In this document: piece after piece, positions 26,113-38,430 of the stretch
Layout: every line of letters starts with the position of its first letter
Position numbering within the stretch: position 1 is the stretch's first letter
Source: a virus
Reading direction: 5' to 3' (one strand)
IMG/VR virus record: IMGVR_UViG_3300045243_000070
Span: 1 to 64,000 of that record
Length of the DNA stretch: 64,000 bases
The notes under the pieces: generated by a model
Told to the model about the DNA's origin: nothing
What the model saw: the letters and a program-made list of their open reading frames with translations, nothing else
Databases searched by the model: none
Made by a program: the position numbers and the translations under genes

Positions 26113-29100
26113 TTTTCTTAACTCTTTTTCTGTTATACTTCCCAATCATTTTTCTAACCCAATTCTCTGAAACACCTTTAGGTATTTCTATCCGAATCAT
26201 TTTTTCAGTAGGTGTTATATCCACGGCGCACTTTAGAGTCAATATACCTGTCTTCTTATTCTCCACAGCTTCCGCACCTTTGACATCTACCTTAAAACCA
26301 TGTCTAAGGAACCAAGCATAGTCTTTGGAGTTTTTAGCTTTCTCATAGTCAGACTCCAGATAAGCTTTCATCATTTTATGTTCATCTCCCTAAGTCTGGA
26401 CGCACAATTGTGGGTATCTCCAAAAGCCCAATCAAATAAACGACCTAGCCATCCGATGTCAGCGTTACACCTCTGGCAGTGGTGGCTCGGATATTTTGGT
26501 AGATCAAATCCTAGCTTTAAATAACACGGAGTGCAATACGTGTTCATTGGGGATGTTGGTCTTCCACACTTAATACATTCTTGTCTCATACTGCCCTCAT
26601 GTACTGTACCATCTGTGGGTCCTCTTTAGACTCAATACCAGAACCTTTACACTCATCGCATACTTCTTCTCTGTCGCAGTTCTTACCACATGCCGTATCT
26701 GTGCAGTCGGGGGCATGGACTTTAATCTTTTTCGACCCCTTACATCTGGAGCAATAAACTTGGTACGAACCCATACCCCAAGTTGCGTACATTTGGTATG
26801 TTGTAGATGACGATGCCGTACCAGATGTTGTTCCCAAAAATGTTGACATATTTTCCTCTAAAAAAGAAACTTTGGTTCAGTCATAACGGGGGTGTACTCC
26901 GCTTCACGGTATCTTGCAGCCCTAAGAGTGATTCTCCCGGTTGAAAGTAGTTCCTCGCAACTGTGGCAAAGTAGATGACCAAAATCAGTCATCGAAACAG
27001 CCTTATTAAAACACGCATGCCCAACCGGGGTTTCACCAATATACCTATTTTGGTCAATGAGCCCATCGCATCTGCACATTTGGTTTACTGGGAATATTTT
27101 TAGCTTCATTAAACCTCGATTGTTTCAAAATACTTTCTATCGTCTTCGTCCCATTCATTTCTGTAGATTACTTCTGCTTCCTCGCTTCCAGCCAAGTAAG
27201 CTCTTTTAAAACACTTATGGTGATAGTAAGCATCCCACTCAAAACTGAAAGACCACTTATCGTGATCCCCGTCTTGGTGGCAAAACCAACACCCTCCTTG
27301 GCTTGGGAAAGATTTAGCCATTACTAAGCCTTTTTCTTGCTTGGTGGGACTAAGTAGAACACGTTATTGTGGTCCCTCATGTGAGTTTCCACAATCTCCT
27401 TAGTATCTTCCATCGTTGGTTGGGCGATACCAAAATTTTGTTTACAAACCGTGCAGCTGAGTAGTGTGTAATCTCCTTTTGGATTTACCTTATCTTCCAT
27501 TTTATACCCACTTAACTTTTATTTTAAAGCCTTTTGCCTTTTCAATCAACTTGGTCAGAGCGTTTGGCGATGGGGCTATTACTTCTTTCTCCTCATCAAA
27601 CGTAGTAGTCGGCCCACCATTCTCTTTGTACTTGGCTACCAGGAGGGTGATAGACTCCTGCATTCTTTTTTCCGTGAACCCAAGGTCACACATCTTTCTG
27701 ACAACCATCCCATAAGAGAAGCACACATCATTTGGAGAATCCAAATTTTGAAGCATAAGGTAAATAGCTTTTAGGTTGTCTATCTTTTTGAACTGCTCTT
27801 CGTTCATTTGTAAACCACCTTGATTTTAAGCTTCTTTAGGAAGTTGGAAATCTTCGATGTTTTTGGTTGAGTATCTTCTTTACCATCTTCGGTTATTTTT
27901 TCATCTCCAGTAATTCCCCAAGCCTTAATAAGGTCTTTACTATTTGATATTCTTTCGGCTTCTCGTAACTTATCTCTCAGGGATTTAAATTTTTCCCAAA
28001 TAGCTTTTTTCTCAACATCTGTGAAACAATGAGACTTGGGCCACGTGTCTATGTATTTCTCACCATTGGCTATCCACAACTCCTGACCGCTTTTAATGTG
28101 TTTTATAGTATGCTCGTCTAATCTCCACTTTGACGTGTCGTTTAATTCCGACAGTATGAACTTAGCTAACATTTTGTCTCCTCATATACTCAGAAAATTC
28201 TTTATCGGTCATGACAACCCAGTTTAAAATTTCTAGGTGAGCCATCAACAAGAATTTTATTTGATCTGAGCTCACTGTTTTTAATTGAGCTTCGTTTCTA
28301 CGAATCATTTCCCTTATTTCAAGTTCGCTTTTCATCTCTTGGAACCTTTACCTCGACCTTGCACTTTGCTATGCCCAAGGCTATGTCCCTTAAAGTTTCG
28401 ACAGCGTATTCCCAATTTGGGACAGCGCCTCTGTGTTCACATAAAACCATACACAGACCAGCCAGCTTTCCAGCGGTCTCCATGTTTCGTCCTTCAATCT
28501 CTTTTTTACTAATTTTAGTTTTCATCTTCTTTCATTTCCACACTATATCCAACCAAGTTTTGTTTTTCATATGTGTAAACACTTTCACCAATAGTGATTA
28601 TTAGCTCCGACTCAGTGTCTACGAGTGTGTATTTCCTGAATTGAGTAGCGTCCAAGCCGGAAGCGTGAACAGTTAGGACTTTGGAGTATGTTTTCGGTGT
28701 TTCGGTAGGTGTGGGCTCAGGTGTAGCTTCTGGCTCTTGGGGTTGCGACTTTGGAAGTGCTTGCTCCTGAGAATTGCCGTCATCGTCATGATACTTGTGG
28801 TGATTCTCATTGTTGCCACATCCCTGCGACACTATTCCTATAAGCATCAGCAAACAAACGAGCATTACATTCTTTTTCATGAGTCTCCCTTTTATGTCCA
28901 AATCCACAAATACAGCACCTAATCATCCCTCCGGTATCGTATTTGTGGTAACTGAAACTACCTTCTTGTCCACAACCAAAACAATGATCGAAAAACAATT
29001 TTCCATACATTGGGCCACATTCAACGCAAGTTTCCCAAGGAGTAACACAATGGTAGCACTCTAGCTGTCCAAAACAATCCCTAGTAACTCTCATAGAACA

Positions 29101-30152
29101 TCCTCTTTAATTTCGTCCCAAAAAAGACCTATCCCTAGAAATACTCCGAGCAATACACAGAACCAAACGGACAAAGCGTTGTTGGTCCCATAGTCTCTAT
29201 CCAATGAAGACAGCATACCATCAACCACCCCCAATGTCAAGGAGAAAAACAATAAAATAAACACACGAAATTGATACCAGCCCCGGTCTGAAAAAGAAGG
29301 GTTTCTTCTAGGCATTTTGACCCTCTAGTTTAGGCGATTCAATAAGTCTTTGGATATCATCATCCAGGTCTTGAACCCGAATGATGACTCCACAAGACTC
29401 ACCCTTTTCATTATGTGTTTGTAATACTCCTACCCTGTCATTTGCGTCCATAACCCCTCATTTACATAAATCGTTATACTTCCACTCGTACTCTTTCAGT
29501 CTCTTTATCTCTTCCCTTAACTTTTCTATGTCATCGACCTCTTGAACCGGAGGAGGTTCAACCTCTTCATCACAATCAGAACATACCCATCCGATATCTA
29601 CCCACTTATCACTGTCTTTTACAAACTCGTGGAATCTGGCTTGGTGTGAACACTTTTCTTCGGGAAGCACAAGCCTATGGTCACCACCAATGGCGTGATT
29701 TTTATGATTGTAAGGTTCGTGGCAAAAATCACAAATAATTATTTTTTCAGAACTCATCGTTTTGAAACTCTCTGTCTATTAAAAATAACCGCCATCATGT
29801 GACGCAGCTCTTTTACTGGTGAGGATTTCTTATCTTTTTGAACTCTCTCTGCTGTCCAGTACTTATCATTTTCGTGTCTCCCATACCAAGGAACGGCATG
29901 TTCGTGGTAACACTCCATGAGCCCGCCAAATTCAAAACACTCCCCATCTTGAAACTCATCTCTAATCCAAACACAGGCTTCTTTACATATAGCGTGTTGC
30001 TTATAACTGGAGAACTCTCCGTCCCAAACCCCAGAACACACAACGTACTTTTCACCGGGGTTAATTACAACCCCACACTCACAACATCTATGTGATTTCC
30101 TGGCGGTTGGGGTATCCATTTTATATATTTCTGGTACGGAGCAATCAGTCAT
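26081..30152 (-). other. Run of about 14 small hypothetical CDS, many with CxxC motifs
   Basis: Coupled minus-strand ORFs from 26081..26374 to 29754..30152. Confidence 0.7.
28515..28880 (-). CDS. Lipoprotein with Pro/Glu/Thr linker
   Basis: MKKNVMLVCLLMLIGIVSQGC lipobox. Confidence 0.7.
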   Translation of the reverse strand: MKKNVMLVCLLMLIGIVSQGCGNNENHHKYHDDDGNSQEQALPKSQPQEPEATPEPTPTETPKTYSKVLTVHASGLDATQFRKYTLVDTESELIITIGESVYTYEKQNLVGYSVEMKEDEN

Positions 30153-30155
30153 TTC

Positions 30156-30653
30156 TTACCTCACACTGAATAAACAAGCATCGGCATCTTCGGGGAATGG
30201 GAACCCAAGACTGGCACAACCCATCCACCCCTTACGTATTTTTCTAGCCAAATCCCAGCTGAGCTTTCTAGCATGACCGTTACTCAGGTCTCTACGATTC
30301 CACATCAACATTTTCGCAGAGTCGAAAGTCTTCACATCAGCCAGACTTGCTGGTTCCACGATGACATTATCGTAGGGGGCCATTCGACCAACGCAAAGAA
30401 CGTAGTCGGCCCCAGCTTTGAACGAAGCTTCAACACTTTCGTTAGTCCTGTGGATACCCTTAGCCATGATTATTTTGTCGGTCATACCTCTAGCCATGCG
30501 AAGGGTTTCCAACGACCCTCCCCACGGCTCTTCGGTATGAATCGAAATCCAATCACCCTGTTCGATGGCTTTCTTAATGAGCTCTTCCATCGGGAGCCAA
30601 GATATGACACCCTCCCACGGGGATTTCTTTTTCGCTTCAGCTATGCGTATCAT
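30156..30653 (-). CDS. Truncated indole-3-glycerol-phosphate synthase (TrpC)-like barrel
   Basis: IAEAKKKSP, ISIHTEEPWGGS and WNRRDL resemble IGPS motifs; only 165 aa. Confidence 0.65.
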   Translation of the reverse strand: MIRIAEAKKKSPWEGVISWLPMEELIKKAIEQGDWISIHTEEPWGGSLETLRMARGMTDKIIMAKGIHRTNESVEASFKAGADYVLCVGRMAPYDNVIVEPASLADVKTFDSAKMLMWNRRDLSNGHARKLSWDLARKIRKGWMGCASLGFPFPEDADACLFSVR

Positions 30654-31090
30654 TAGTCGATACTGTAAATTGATTCGAGTGCATGACCATACTTTGTGGT
30701 CAAACGAATTCGGTCAGCTTGGGTAAGTAATCCCATACGGTCTGGGGATAGGTTATCAAAGATATCGTGAATCTTGACTTCTCTGGCATCGTGGTTACGC
30801 TTCACTCTGCCGTAATACTGGTCTCTTGATTCGTCTTTCTTATAGGTCATCGCCTCTACGCCTTCGACCACACGCTCTGGAAATCCAGCACTTCTAAGAT
30901 TATCGATAGTAACTGAGGTGTCTTCCACAACGTCATGGAGTACAGCGATAGCCATAAGATAGGGGTCTTTGAAGGTAGCCATTACACGCAAGGGGTGAAG
31001 GATGTAGGGCATGCCAGACTTGTCCATCTGTCCCTGATGGGCCTGTACAGAAACTTCAACCGCTTTACCTACCATTTCCCATTGGTTCAT
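30653..31090 (-). CDS. Small alarmone hydrolase (Mesh1/SpoT-type HD domain)
   Basis: AHQGQMDKSGMPYILHP..LHDVVEDT..VKIHDIFDN; ATG at 31090. Confidence 0.85.
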   Translation of the reverse strand: MNQWEMVGKAVEVSVQAHQGQMDKSGMPYILHPLRVMATFKDPYLMAIAVLHDVVEDTSVTIDNLRSAGFPERVVEGVEAMTYKKDESRDQYYGRVKRNHDAREVKIHDIFDNLSPDRMGLLTQADRIRLTTKYGHALESIYSID

Positions 31091-32738
31091 TGTTCGTTCT
31101 CCAGTCTTCGTCTTTCTAGCTCTACGAGTGTTTCGGCTATTTCCTCGACCGACCCGTTCTTTACGACAGCCTCTCCATTCACTTTGATGTGAGAAAAGTC
31201 CGTCTCTTTCAACCCGCATTTCTTAACCACTAGCGGTGTCACTATCACATTGTACCCAGAAGTGATGTACTTGTCAACAAGTTCTTTTACATTATCTGGA
31301 GGTATCTCGATTTTAATAAGAATTATATCCCCTTCAGGTTTTACGTCTGGGTCCTCAAAAAACACCATTATTAGGTTATGAGCCTCGGATAGCGCTATAT
31401 TCAACAACATTGGTAGTCTCCTTGGCTAGATGTTCAGATAATACCCAATACTCTTTGCAATCACACCATTCCATCTTCCCAGTTTCTTTGTTAGGCCTTC
31501 TCCACATACACTGCCCAACTTTCCCACCATACACGTGAGGCCCTCTTCGATGACCGCACTCGCACCTGGGCCACGGAGGATTATGGACGTTATTTATACC
31601 CACCATTACTTATTGTCCTTTTTATATCCCCAAATAAGTCTTTGTAGGTTAGTCGGTTCGTTACTATCAACTAACTTACAAAAACTTACCCAAACAAAAA
31701 TACCGAATAAAAAATAATTAACGTGGTCCCAACATAAAAATAAGGCTAAGGACATTAAAGCGATAGCTTGAGCTATATTAAACTTTTTGGTGAACTTATA
31801 CGGTTTTCCCACTTAAGCCCCCAGTAACTGTTCGAGAAGGATTGTGTAGGTGTACCCACACTCATCGCACTCATAAACTATCGAATCTATAGTTTTTTCT
31901 TTGAATACCATCAAAACCTTGTTGCAGTAACACTTCTCATACAAATCTTCGAGAGACCTCATCTATATTTCCCCTTTCCCGCTAGGTCGTTTTGAGTGTT
32001 TCTGTCGTCCCCTCACCGAGGAGATGAATTTCTTTATAACTGTCCAACACAGTAGGCATGTCAGCATTAATACCTCAACCCTTTAGAGCGTCTAGACAAC
32101 CTTTTATTTGAGCCTTTGTAAGCTTAGTCTTGTTGATGTAGGCCATCTCCATTACAGGTAAGCCCTTCATTCGACCCGTCTCATGGATTCCAATTATTTC
32201 ACCTGTCATGATGTTGCAGTTTGAGCCAACATCCCGAATACCGCCTACCCTACAGCCCAATGATTTTTTTCCAATGGGTGTCGACCAGACGCATTTACTG
32301 CAATTGGTCGGCCCCTTCTTAGCTTGCTCTAGAACGCTTTTCATATCTTTCACAGTGTACCATACCCTTAACCATTTGTCAACTCTTTTTATTCAGTATC
32401 CCCGTCAGTTTCTTAATGTTCCCGTACTTCATAATAAGCTTAGGCCGAACCCCTTGGATAGGACCATACTTGATAATAGCTTCAATTTCTGGGCTTAATT
32501 TTACTGGTTCGGGTTCAACTTTTACCTCTTCCAATACTACTTCCTCTGGGGCCTTAGGCTTTTTATTAGCTATCCGTTTCAGCCTTTCTCTTCTTTTCTT
32601 ATCTTCCACCCTTCTTTGCTCTAATGAGACCACTCTTTGGCATTCCCTACAGTGAGTTGGGATTGACATCGCAAAGTTGTAGTACTCAAATTCGTTTCCA
32701 CAGCCATCGCACGTTTTCTTTTCCATGTTGTCGTACAT
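31087..32738 (-). other. Small hypothetical CDS (31087..31410, 31376..31606, 31606..31812, 32075..32344, 32379..32738)
   Basis: Packed minus-strand ORFs. Confidence 0.65.
32354..32382 (-). promoter_or_regulatory. sigma70-type promoter
   Basis: TTGACA-17-TACACT. Confidence 0.78.
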
Positions 32739-32770
32739 TAACTACTCTTTTCAATACCTTAATTTAACCC

Positions 32771-33658
32771 TTAAAAATTATCAACCTTTAGGTAGTCGTG
32801 GAACTCTTCTTCTTTATGGTATGCCCTAATCTTATCGTAGGCCTCAAGTTTCCAATTATGGACGGTCTGGACACTGACACCGTATTTTTTTGCAAGGGCA
32901 CGACCACTATAAGCCACTCCGTCTTTAAGGCCGAAAAGACTTGCCAGTACCGTCCCGTAATGTGATTTTTCCAAAATCTTTCTGACCTTTGTTTTGAGTT
33001 TCTTCTCACCATCAGAATTTTCAATCTCACGTAATGGGGACTCAGTACAAAGACCATGATCGTATCTCGGAAAAGACTCTCCGCTACCATCAACATTAGC
33101 GATGGTAATATCGCAATACATAGTGTTTGTTTTTAAGAGGATTGATTCGAGAGGGTGACCTTTGTACTTTTTACCAAACATTTTATGAATATCCTGTTCG
33201 GTCAGTCTTCCCTTTTCGTTCTCAATACTTTTCAACTTGTTTTTAAAGCTGTTTGCGACTCCAGATAGGTTTGCCGGAGTTCTAATAAGAGTCGAGTTAC
33301 TGTTTAGGGCATATATAATCTGTCTCTTAATCCAGAAATAGGCGTAAGTGCTGAACCGGATTTTTCTTTTGTATCTCCATTTGGTGGCAGCTTTCATAAG
33401 ACCGACATTACCATCTGAGATTAAGTCTTCGTAACTAATCCCCTTATTTTGATACTTACTAGCCACATGTACGACCAGTCCGAGGTTTGCGGTAACCAAA
33501 TCTTCTATAGCCTTTTTATCTCCTCTCTCTATTTTTTTACCTAGAGATTTCTCTTCTTCGTGGCTAATTCGACTGAACCTAGAAATATCCCGTAGATATA
33601 GCTTTATATTTGATATTTTATATTTGACATGTGGTTCATTGCTTGAAATATCGTTCAT
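32771..33658 (-). CDS. Phage RNA polymerase sigma70-family factor
   Basis: YLRDI (region 1.2), ANLGLVVHVASKY, DLISDGNVGLMKA, RFSTYAYFWIK, C-terminal HTH. Confidence 0.92.
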   Translation of the reverse strand: MNDISSNEPHVKYKISNIKLYLRDISRFSRISHEEEKSLGKKIERGDKKAIEDLVTANLGLVVHVASKYQNKGISYEDLISDGNVGLMKAATKWRYKRKIRFSTYAYFWIKRQIIYALNSNSTLIRTPANLSGVANSFKNKLKSIENEKGRLTEQDIHKMFGKKYKGHPLESILLKTNTMYCDITIANVDGSGESFPRYDHGLCTESPLREIENSDGEKKLKTKVRKILEKSHYGTVLASLFGLKDGVAYSGRALAKKYGVSVQTVHNWKLEAYDKIRAYHKEEEFHDYLKVDNF

Positions 33659-33698
33659 GTAATTCCTTTTGTTTAATTTGGTGGTTCATCATAAGCCT

Positions 33699-34466
33699 TT
33701 AATCTAGTTTTCCTTTAGCTAAATCAATTACGAAATTCAATGTCATTAATGTATTTTTGCACTCTAAAGCATCTTCAAAATTTTCTCTCCCGGCATACTC
33801 TTCCATGCACTTTTGAGTAACCTTTATTTCTTGTTCAAGCTCCTCTATTAGCTTCTTCGTAGGCTTAAGCTTAGGTGTTTTCATTTATTTCAACCCCATC
33901 CGGCCCACACGTCACAGCGTATACAGAAGCTGGGCCTTCATAGTCGTTCCACTTGGTTGGGCCACTATCCCCCACAGTTATGTCGAAAGCGTGTTCCATG
34001 TCATCTTGATGGTCAAACAGGAAGAATCCGAAACCATTAATGAAGATTGTTTCATTCTCTGGGTATCGAAGATATGGCGCTGCTTGGTGATATTCGGCGA
34101 TTGAGTTTGGGAACTCCCCAGACTTGTGGCCTAAGGAGACGTACATCCCGAACTTACCGAGCTTCTTACAAAGAGCACAGAGGCTTTGAGCCCCACCCGT
34201 ATCCAAAATAGCATAAACTTCTGAGATTGGAACTGATTTAGCATCGTTCATTTTATTTCCACCTTACTTTGAGTTTCAATCCAGACGTGAGCCCCACACT
34301 TTAATGGGGAACAAGGCTGATATACAATTTTGCTCGGCCCTAACATCTTAACCTCATTAGCGTAAGTGTTACTTTTGTAGGTCTTCACAGTTATGACTGG
34401 TAGAGAAGACCCAGTTTTTCTGTTTTTCTTTATGTTATGCTGATTGACGTGGATGATGGTTTTCAT
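33699..34466 (-). other. Three small hypothetical CDS (33699..33884, 33871..34251, 34248..34466)
   Basis: Coupled ORFs. Confidence 0.7.
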
Positions 34467-34739
34467 ATGTCATCAGCTCTTTGTTGGTGACAATCATCAC
34501 ATAAATTCATTGGGATGTCCTCCCCATTGATTTCAAGAGCGAAAGGACAACATGTGTATTTTACTGTTTCATTCTTCTCACCGCAGTCATCACATGTCAA
34601 TAGATTGGGATTTCCAACTTCTTCTGTCATTCTTCACCTTTTTCTTTTTATTTGGCACGACCTTGGGGCTGGGATTGAACCCCCAGACAACACGTCTCTT
34701 TTTAGGTTTTCCCAGCCTTATCTTTTCGGTCTTCAACTT

Positions 34740-35849
34740 TTATTCCTTGTAGTGCTCCAAGAACTTGTTGGATACAACCTTGAAGGACACACGGCCCTTC
34801 ATGTAGTCGCTGTATTTCTCCACGAGCGGACGGAACACAATCCCCTCTCTTGGAGTTCCGTTGGCATAGGAGCCATCAGCCATAGCCAGCATTTCATCAA
34901 ACTTGCGTCCAGTGAAGTCGAAATTGGAGTCAATAATCTCGACAGTCTGTAACCCCAATTCTTTGGTGAAGGAAATGAACTCATCAAAGTTAAGATGTCT
35001 GCGTTCAGAGATGTTGAACACATTGAACACAAAGAAGTCAACCTCCTTCAAGCCCATCTTGTTGCCTTGGATGCCAGGACCGCAGATTTCACCTTGGACG
35101 GCGTAATTTCCTTTGGCCTTAAGCTTATCAAGGATGTTGTATTTCTGTTCCATTTGGAAGTACACGTTTGGCTTATCCCCCTCAATTGGAGCCTTGAGAG
35201 ACAGTTTGCGTGAGCAGACGTGTTGTTCACCATCCGTCAGTCCATCCGGCAAGAAGTTGATGTAGGTTGCTGAGGTTCCATCCATCTTGACGGAAGCGTA
35301 ACCCTTGACCCCATTAAGCTCTTCCAGAATTCGTGAGCAGTTTTGAAGACGTTCTTCGTCCGTAACTGACACGTATTTGGTGGGGAAGTTACCCTTAATC
35401 TTTCCATGTAGGTTGGCGGGAATAGGTTTCTCATACTTGGTAACACCAATGAGGGTGGTGATGTCATCACCGACCAGCATTCCTGCGAACCCAACGGTTC
35501 CAGTCGATAAACCTTCAATCCCAGGTTCTTTTTTTAAATCTGTCAGCTGGATGATAAGCCCCTGAGAGAGTTGTTTCTTCAGGCGAATGGTGCGGACACG
35601 GAAGTGACTCTTCCGTAAAAATTCGGACCACGGGGCTTCTGGAACTACAGTATCAATGGCAATAAAACATACTAGGTCTCCAACCTTATGCAATTCTTTC
35701 TGAACAACCACCTGCCATTCATTGTCTTCCATTTTAGCCAGTTCTATCTTATCAGCATCGGGTATTGGGCTAAGGGATTTAATTTTTTGAATAGTGGCTA
35801 AATTTTTAACCACCTCTACTGTTTCTACAGTCTCTGAAACTTCACTCAT
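34740..35849 (-). CDS. RNA ligase, DRB0094/Rnl5-type (N-terminal OB plus Rnl2-like NTase)
   Basis: IPDADKIE, LSQGL, KMDGTS, QGEICGPGIQGN, REGIV and SFKVVSN motifs. Confidence 0.9.
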   Translation of the reverse strand: MSEVSETVETVEVVKNLATIQKIKSLSPIPDADKIELAKMEDNEWQVVVQKELHKVGDLVCFIAIDTVVPEAPWSEFLRKSHFRVRTIRLKKQLSQGLIIQLTDLKKEPGIEGLSTGTVGFAGMLVGDDITTLIGVTKYEKPIPANLHGKIKGNFPTKYVSVTDEERLQNCSRILEELNGVKGYASVKMDGTSATYINFLPDGLTDGEQHVCSRKLSLKAPIEGDKPNVYFQMEQKYNILDKLKAKGNYAVQGEICGPGIQGNKMGLKEVDFFVFNVFNISERRHLNFDEFISFTKELGLQTVEIIDSNFDFTGRKFDEMLAMADGSYANGTPREGIVFRPLVEKYSDYMKGRVSFKVVSNKFLEHYKE

Positions 35850-36226
35850 TGTAAATACTCCTTTGCTTTTTGTAATAATTCAACGCTATCTCTAAATAAA
35901 CCTAATCCAGAATTACACCGATGGCATAAAATTCCACGAATATTCCCAGTCTTGTGGTCGTGGTCTATACAAGCTCTACCTTCAGTACCTTTTCCACGAA
36001 CCTCTCTTTTTAATGGGTAGCCACATATCCCGCATCTCCCACGAAAAGCTTGATATAAGGCCTCAAAATATTCCTCATCTATTCCATACTTTTTTAAATA
36101 ACCCCATTGTTTTTTATACTCACTTAAAGTTCCAGTTCGTATCATCCTACTTAAACAATGACATTTTCGACACCTTTTCCCCCATGTCATCGTGGAGCAA
36201 CCAAGGCATTTTTTCTTCTTACTCAA
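35846..36226 (-). CDS. Endonuclease VII-family homing endonuclease
   Basis: CGIC..IDHDHKTGNIRGILCHRCNSGLG. Confidence 0.88.
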   Translation of the reverse strand: MSKKKKCLGCSTMTWGKRCRKCHCLSRMIRTGTLSEYKKQWGYLKKYGIDEEYFEALYQAFRGRCGICGYPLKREVRGKGTEGRACIDHDHKTGNIRGILCHRCNSGLGLFRDSVELLQKAKEYLQ

Positions 36227-37101
36227 ATAAATGTTCCATCTCCAACGTCAATGACGTTTATTTTTTCCGTTCTGAGCATTTCAATAACACTCACCCGGTC
36301 ATCAAACCAAAATTTAATCTTGCTCTTATCCAAAAGCCTATCAATGAACTGCTTCTTCACGACAGTGTCTGGACGAGTGTCTTTAGACGGCCTCATGATG
36401 AACCTGTCTGGCTCGATATTATACTTATAAAGCCACTCTTCACGAACTTGACGATAATCCTCAGAGCACCCAGATACAATAATCAAGTCCAGCCCATTCG
36501 CTTGGTGACGAAGAACCGTTTCAATAATGTCAAGACGTGGTGCATCGTTAATGCTTTGACGAGAGAACTCGTCCCAATCCGGTTTCTTTCCAGTAGACTT
36601 ATCGACCAGATAACGTCTTTTACTGACATCACACAGAGTCCCATCAAGATCACTGACTACACAATTGTTGGTAGACCTCAATATGTTATACCTGAAAGCT
36701 GTGTTTAATATAGTGTCTTTACCAACAAAGCGTTTTCCAGAAAACTGTCTATCTAAATCCCTCTCAATACACTCTCTAACCGGGGTGTCTACTTTGACTT
36801 CCTCAAAGTCGGCATTGTACCTCTCAGCCAACACCTTGTAGGCGGTAGCATTTGACGGAGCTAAGTTCATATTATCAATGACCACGTTGTGGCCCTGGCT
36901 CAAGAGGTGTTCAACCATGAACTCATTGGCGAGGTGAATCATCTTCTCGTGTCTTGGGTCAAAATTCTCAAAATACATCATCTTGCGTAGACTGTCTTTG
37001 TTCACGCAAAACGTGTTTCGGTTTTCCTTCACGATCTTTTGAGCAATTGTGGACTTACCACTGCCTTGAAGACCTTGGAGCATCCAAATTTTTAATTTCA
37101 T
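36223..37101 (-). CDS. pseT: Polynucleotide 5'-kinase/3'-phosphatase
   Basis: GLQGSGKST P-loop; DLDGT HAD motif; FDDR. Confidence 0.92.
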   Translation of the reverse strand: MKLKIWMLQGLQGSGKSTIAQKIVKENRNTFCVNKDSLRKMMYFENFDPRHEKMIHLANEFMVEHLLSQGHNVVIDNMNLAPSNATAYKVLAERYNADFEEVKVDTPVRECIERDLDRQFSGKRFVGKDTILNTAFRYNILRSTNNCVVSDLDGTLCDVSKRRYLVDKSTGKKPDWDEFSRQSINDAPRLDIIETVLRHQANGLDLIIVSGCSEDYRQVREEWLYKYNIEPDRFIMRPSKDTRPDTVVKKQFIDRLLDKSKIKFWFDDRVSVIEMLRTEKINVIDVGDGTFI

Positions 37102-37241
37102 TTCTTCCTACCGATTTATTATAGACAACAAATAGCTAAAAATATCAACCAACCCCAGCCTTCCTTACCATACCACGCCAGAAAAATAGCTCCGGCAGTC
37201 GCCAATAGTGCAATCCACCAAGACCCTTTCATGAGTCCTCC

Positions 37242-38396
37242 TTAAGTATTTTTGCTCACCTTATGAATCATTTCCAGAAGAGAGTCATCCCGAAGCCCCA
37301 TCAAATACTCTTTCAAACTGTACAGACAGGTCTTGTTATCATAAAGAGCGAAGAGAGTGTTTGGAAAGGACTTTTTGTAAGCTTCGATAGCAAAAGCCTT
37401 CCGGTTAATTTTTACTTCCCAAGTCTGGTTATCTGCTGGCATTTCTCTCCAGTCCGCACGAATAGTATCCTCTACTTTTTGTAATCCGTCAAGTAGTTTC
37501 TGAATATGGGCTGTGTATTCTGGGAAATAGGCCAAAGTATCGTCCACTTTCCCCAACTTAATCACCTCTAAGAAGCCTTTCTCTGAAACAGAGGAAACCA
37601 TTTTAGACAAGGCTAGGTACGCAGGGTTCTTGCACTTGACACGCAAGTGGGAACCGTTGTTTTGTTCCTTTACAATCACATAACCCTCAAACGTAGGGTC
37701 TTTGGAGCTCATATCCTCAATCTCGGTCCATTCAGATACTGGAAATGTTTTGACCAAATCACACTTAAAAACATCTGCCATAGTTTGAAGCTCGTGTCTT
37801 GTTACTTCGCACAGGTTTTCGTTGCTACGAATAGTTAGAAGAGTTATTTTTGTTTCTTTGTATGGAGTAACTATTCTATTTTCTGGGCTAGTGAGCTCAA
37901 AAACATAGGTGCATCTTGGATTAAGTAATTTGTTTTCTATCAAATACTCTAACTTTGTCCCATTATCAACACCATCCATAAAAAGTTCCGCAAAGCTCTT
38001 AGAGGAACAGTTATTAACAGGCCCCTCGGCATAAATCATGTTTCTAGTGCTGAAATGCCACGAATTGGCAATACGGTCAAACCACATATTGACCATTGTT
38101 CCATCAAGTTTCTCTAAAACCAAACAACCGCTCAGGTCTTCTGGAAGTTTGTCGGCCCCGCCCTCCCCTAAGTTGAAGAAACGTGAGAACCCATAAGAAG
38201 CAATATCATAATTGTCTTTGTACAGAATAAGACCACGGCACTCCCTAACAATGGGGTCACCTTTGAACTTATAGCTGTCAATCATATCGTATGAAAATAT
38301 GAACTTGCCACCCAGCTCTTTGAAATTGATTCCAAGAGGGGCGCAAATTTCTTCGGGTGTCTTTCCAGACCGTAGAGCTTCTTGTATTTTTAACAT
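37242..38396 (-). CDS. T4 Rnl1-like RNA ligase
   Basis: RECRGLI, RFFN, EKLDGT, FELTSPENRIV, EGYVI and RVKCK motifs. Confidence 0.9.
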   Translation of the reverse strand: MLKIQEALRSGKTPEEICAPLGINFKELGGKFIFSYDMIDSYKFKGDPIVRECRGLILYKDNYDIASYGFSRFFNLGEGGADKLPEDLSGCLVLEKLDGTMVNMWFDRIANSWHFSTRNMIYAEGPVNNCSSKSFAELFMDGVDNGTKLEYLIENKLLNPRCTYVFELTSPENRIVTPYKETKITLLTIRSNENLCEVTRHELQTMADVFKCDLVKTFPVSEWTEIEDMSSKDPTFEGYVIVKEQNNGSHLRVKCKNPAYLALSKMVSSVSEKGFLEVIKLGKVDDTLAYFPEYTAHIQKLLDGLQKVEDTIRADWREMPADNQTWEVKINRKAFAIEAYKKSFPNTLFALYDNKTCLYSLKEYLMGLRDDSLLEMIHKVSKNT

Positions 38397-38401
38397 GTTA
38401 T

Positions 38402-38430
38402 ATCCTACCACAAGATAGCTACGGTGTCAA
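38402..38430 (-). promoter_or_regulatory. sigma70-type promoter giving a leaderless Rnl1 mRNA
   Basis: TTGACA-17-TAGGAT, 5-nt gap before ATG 38396. Confidence 0.75.
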
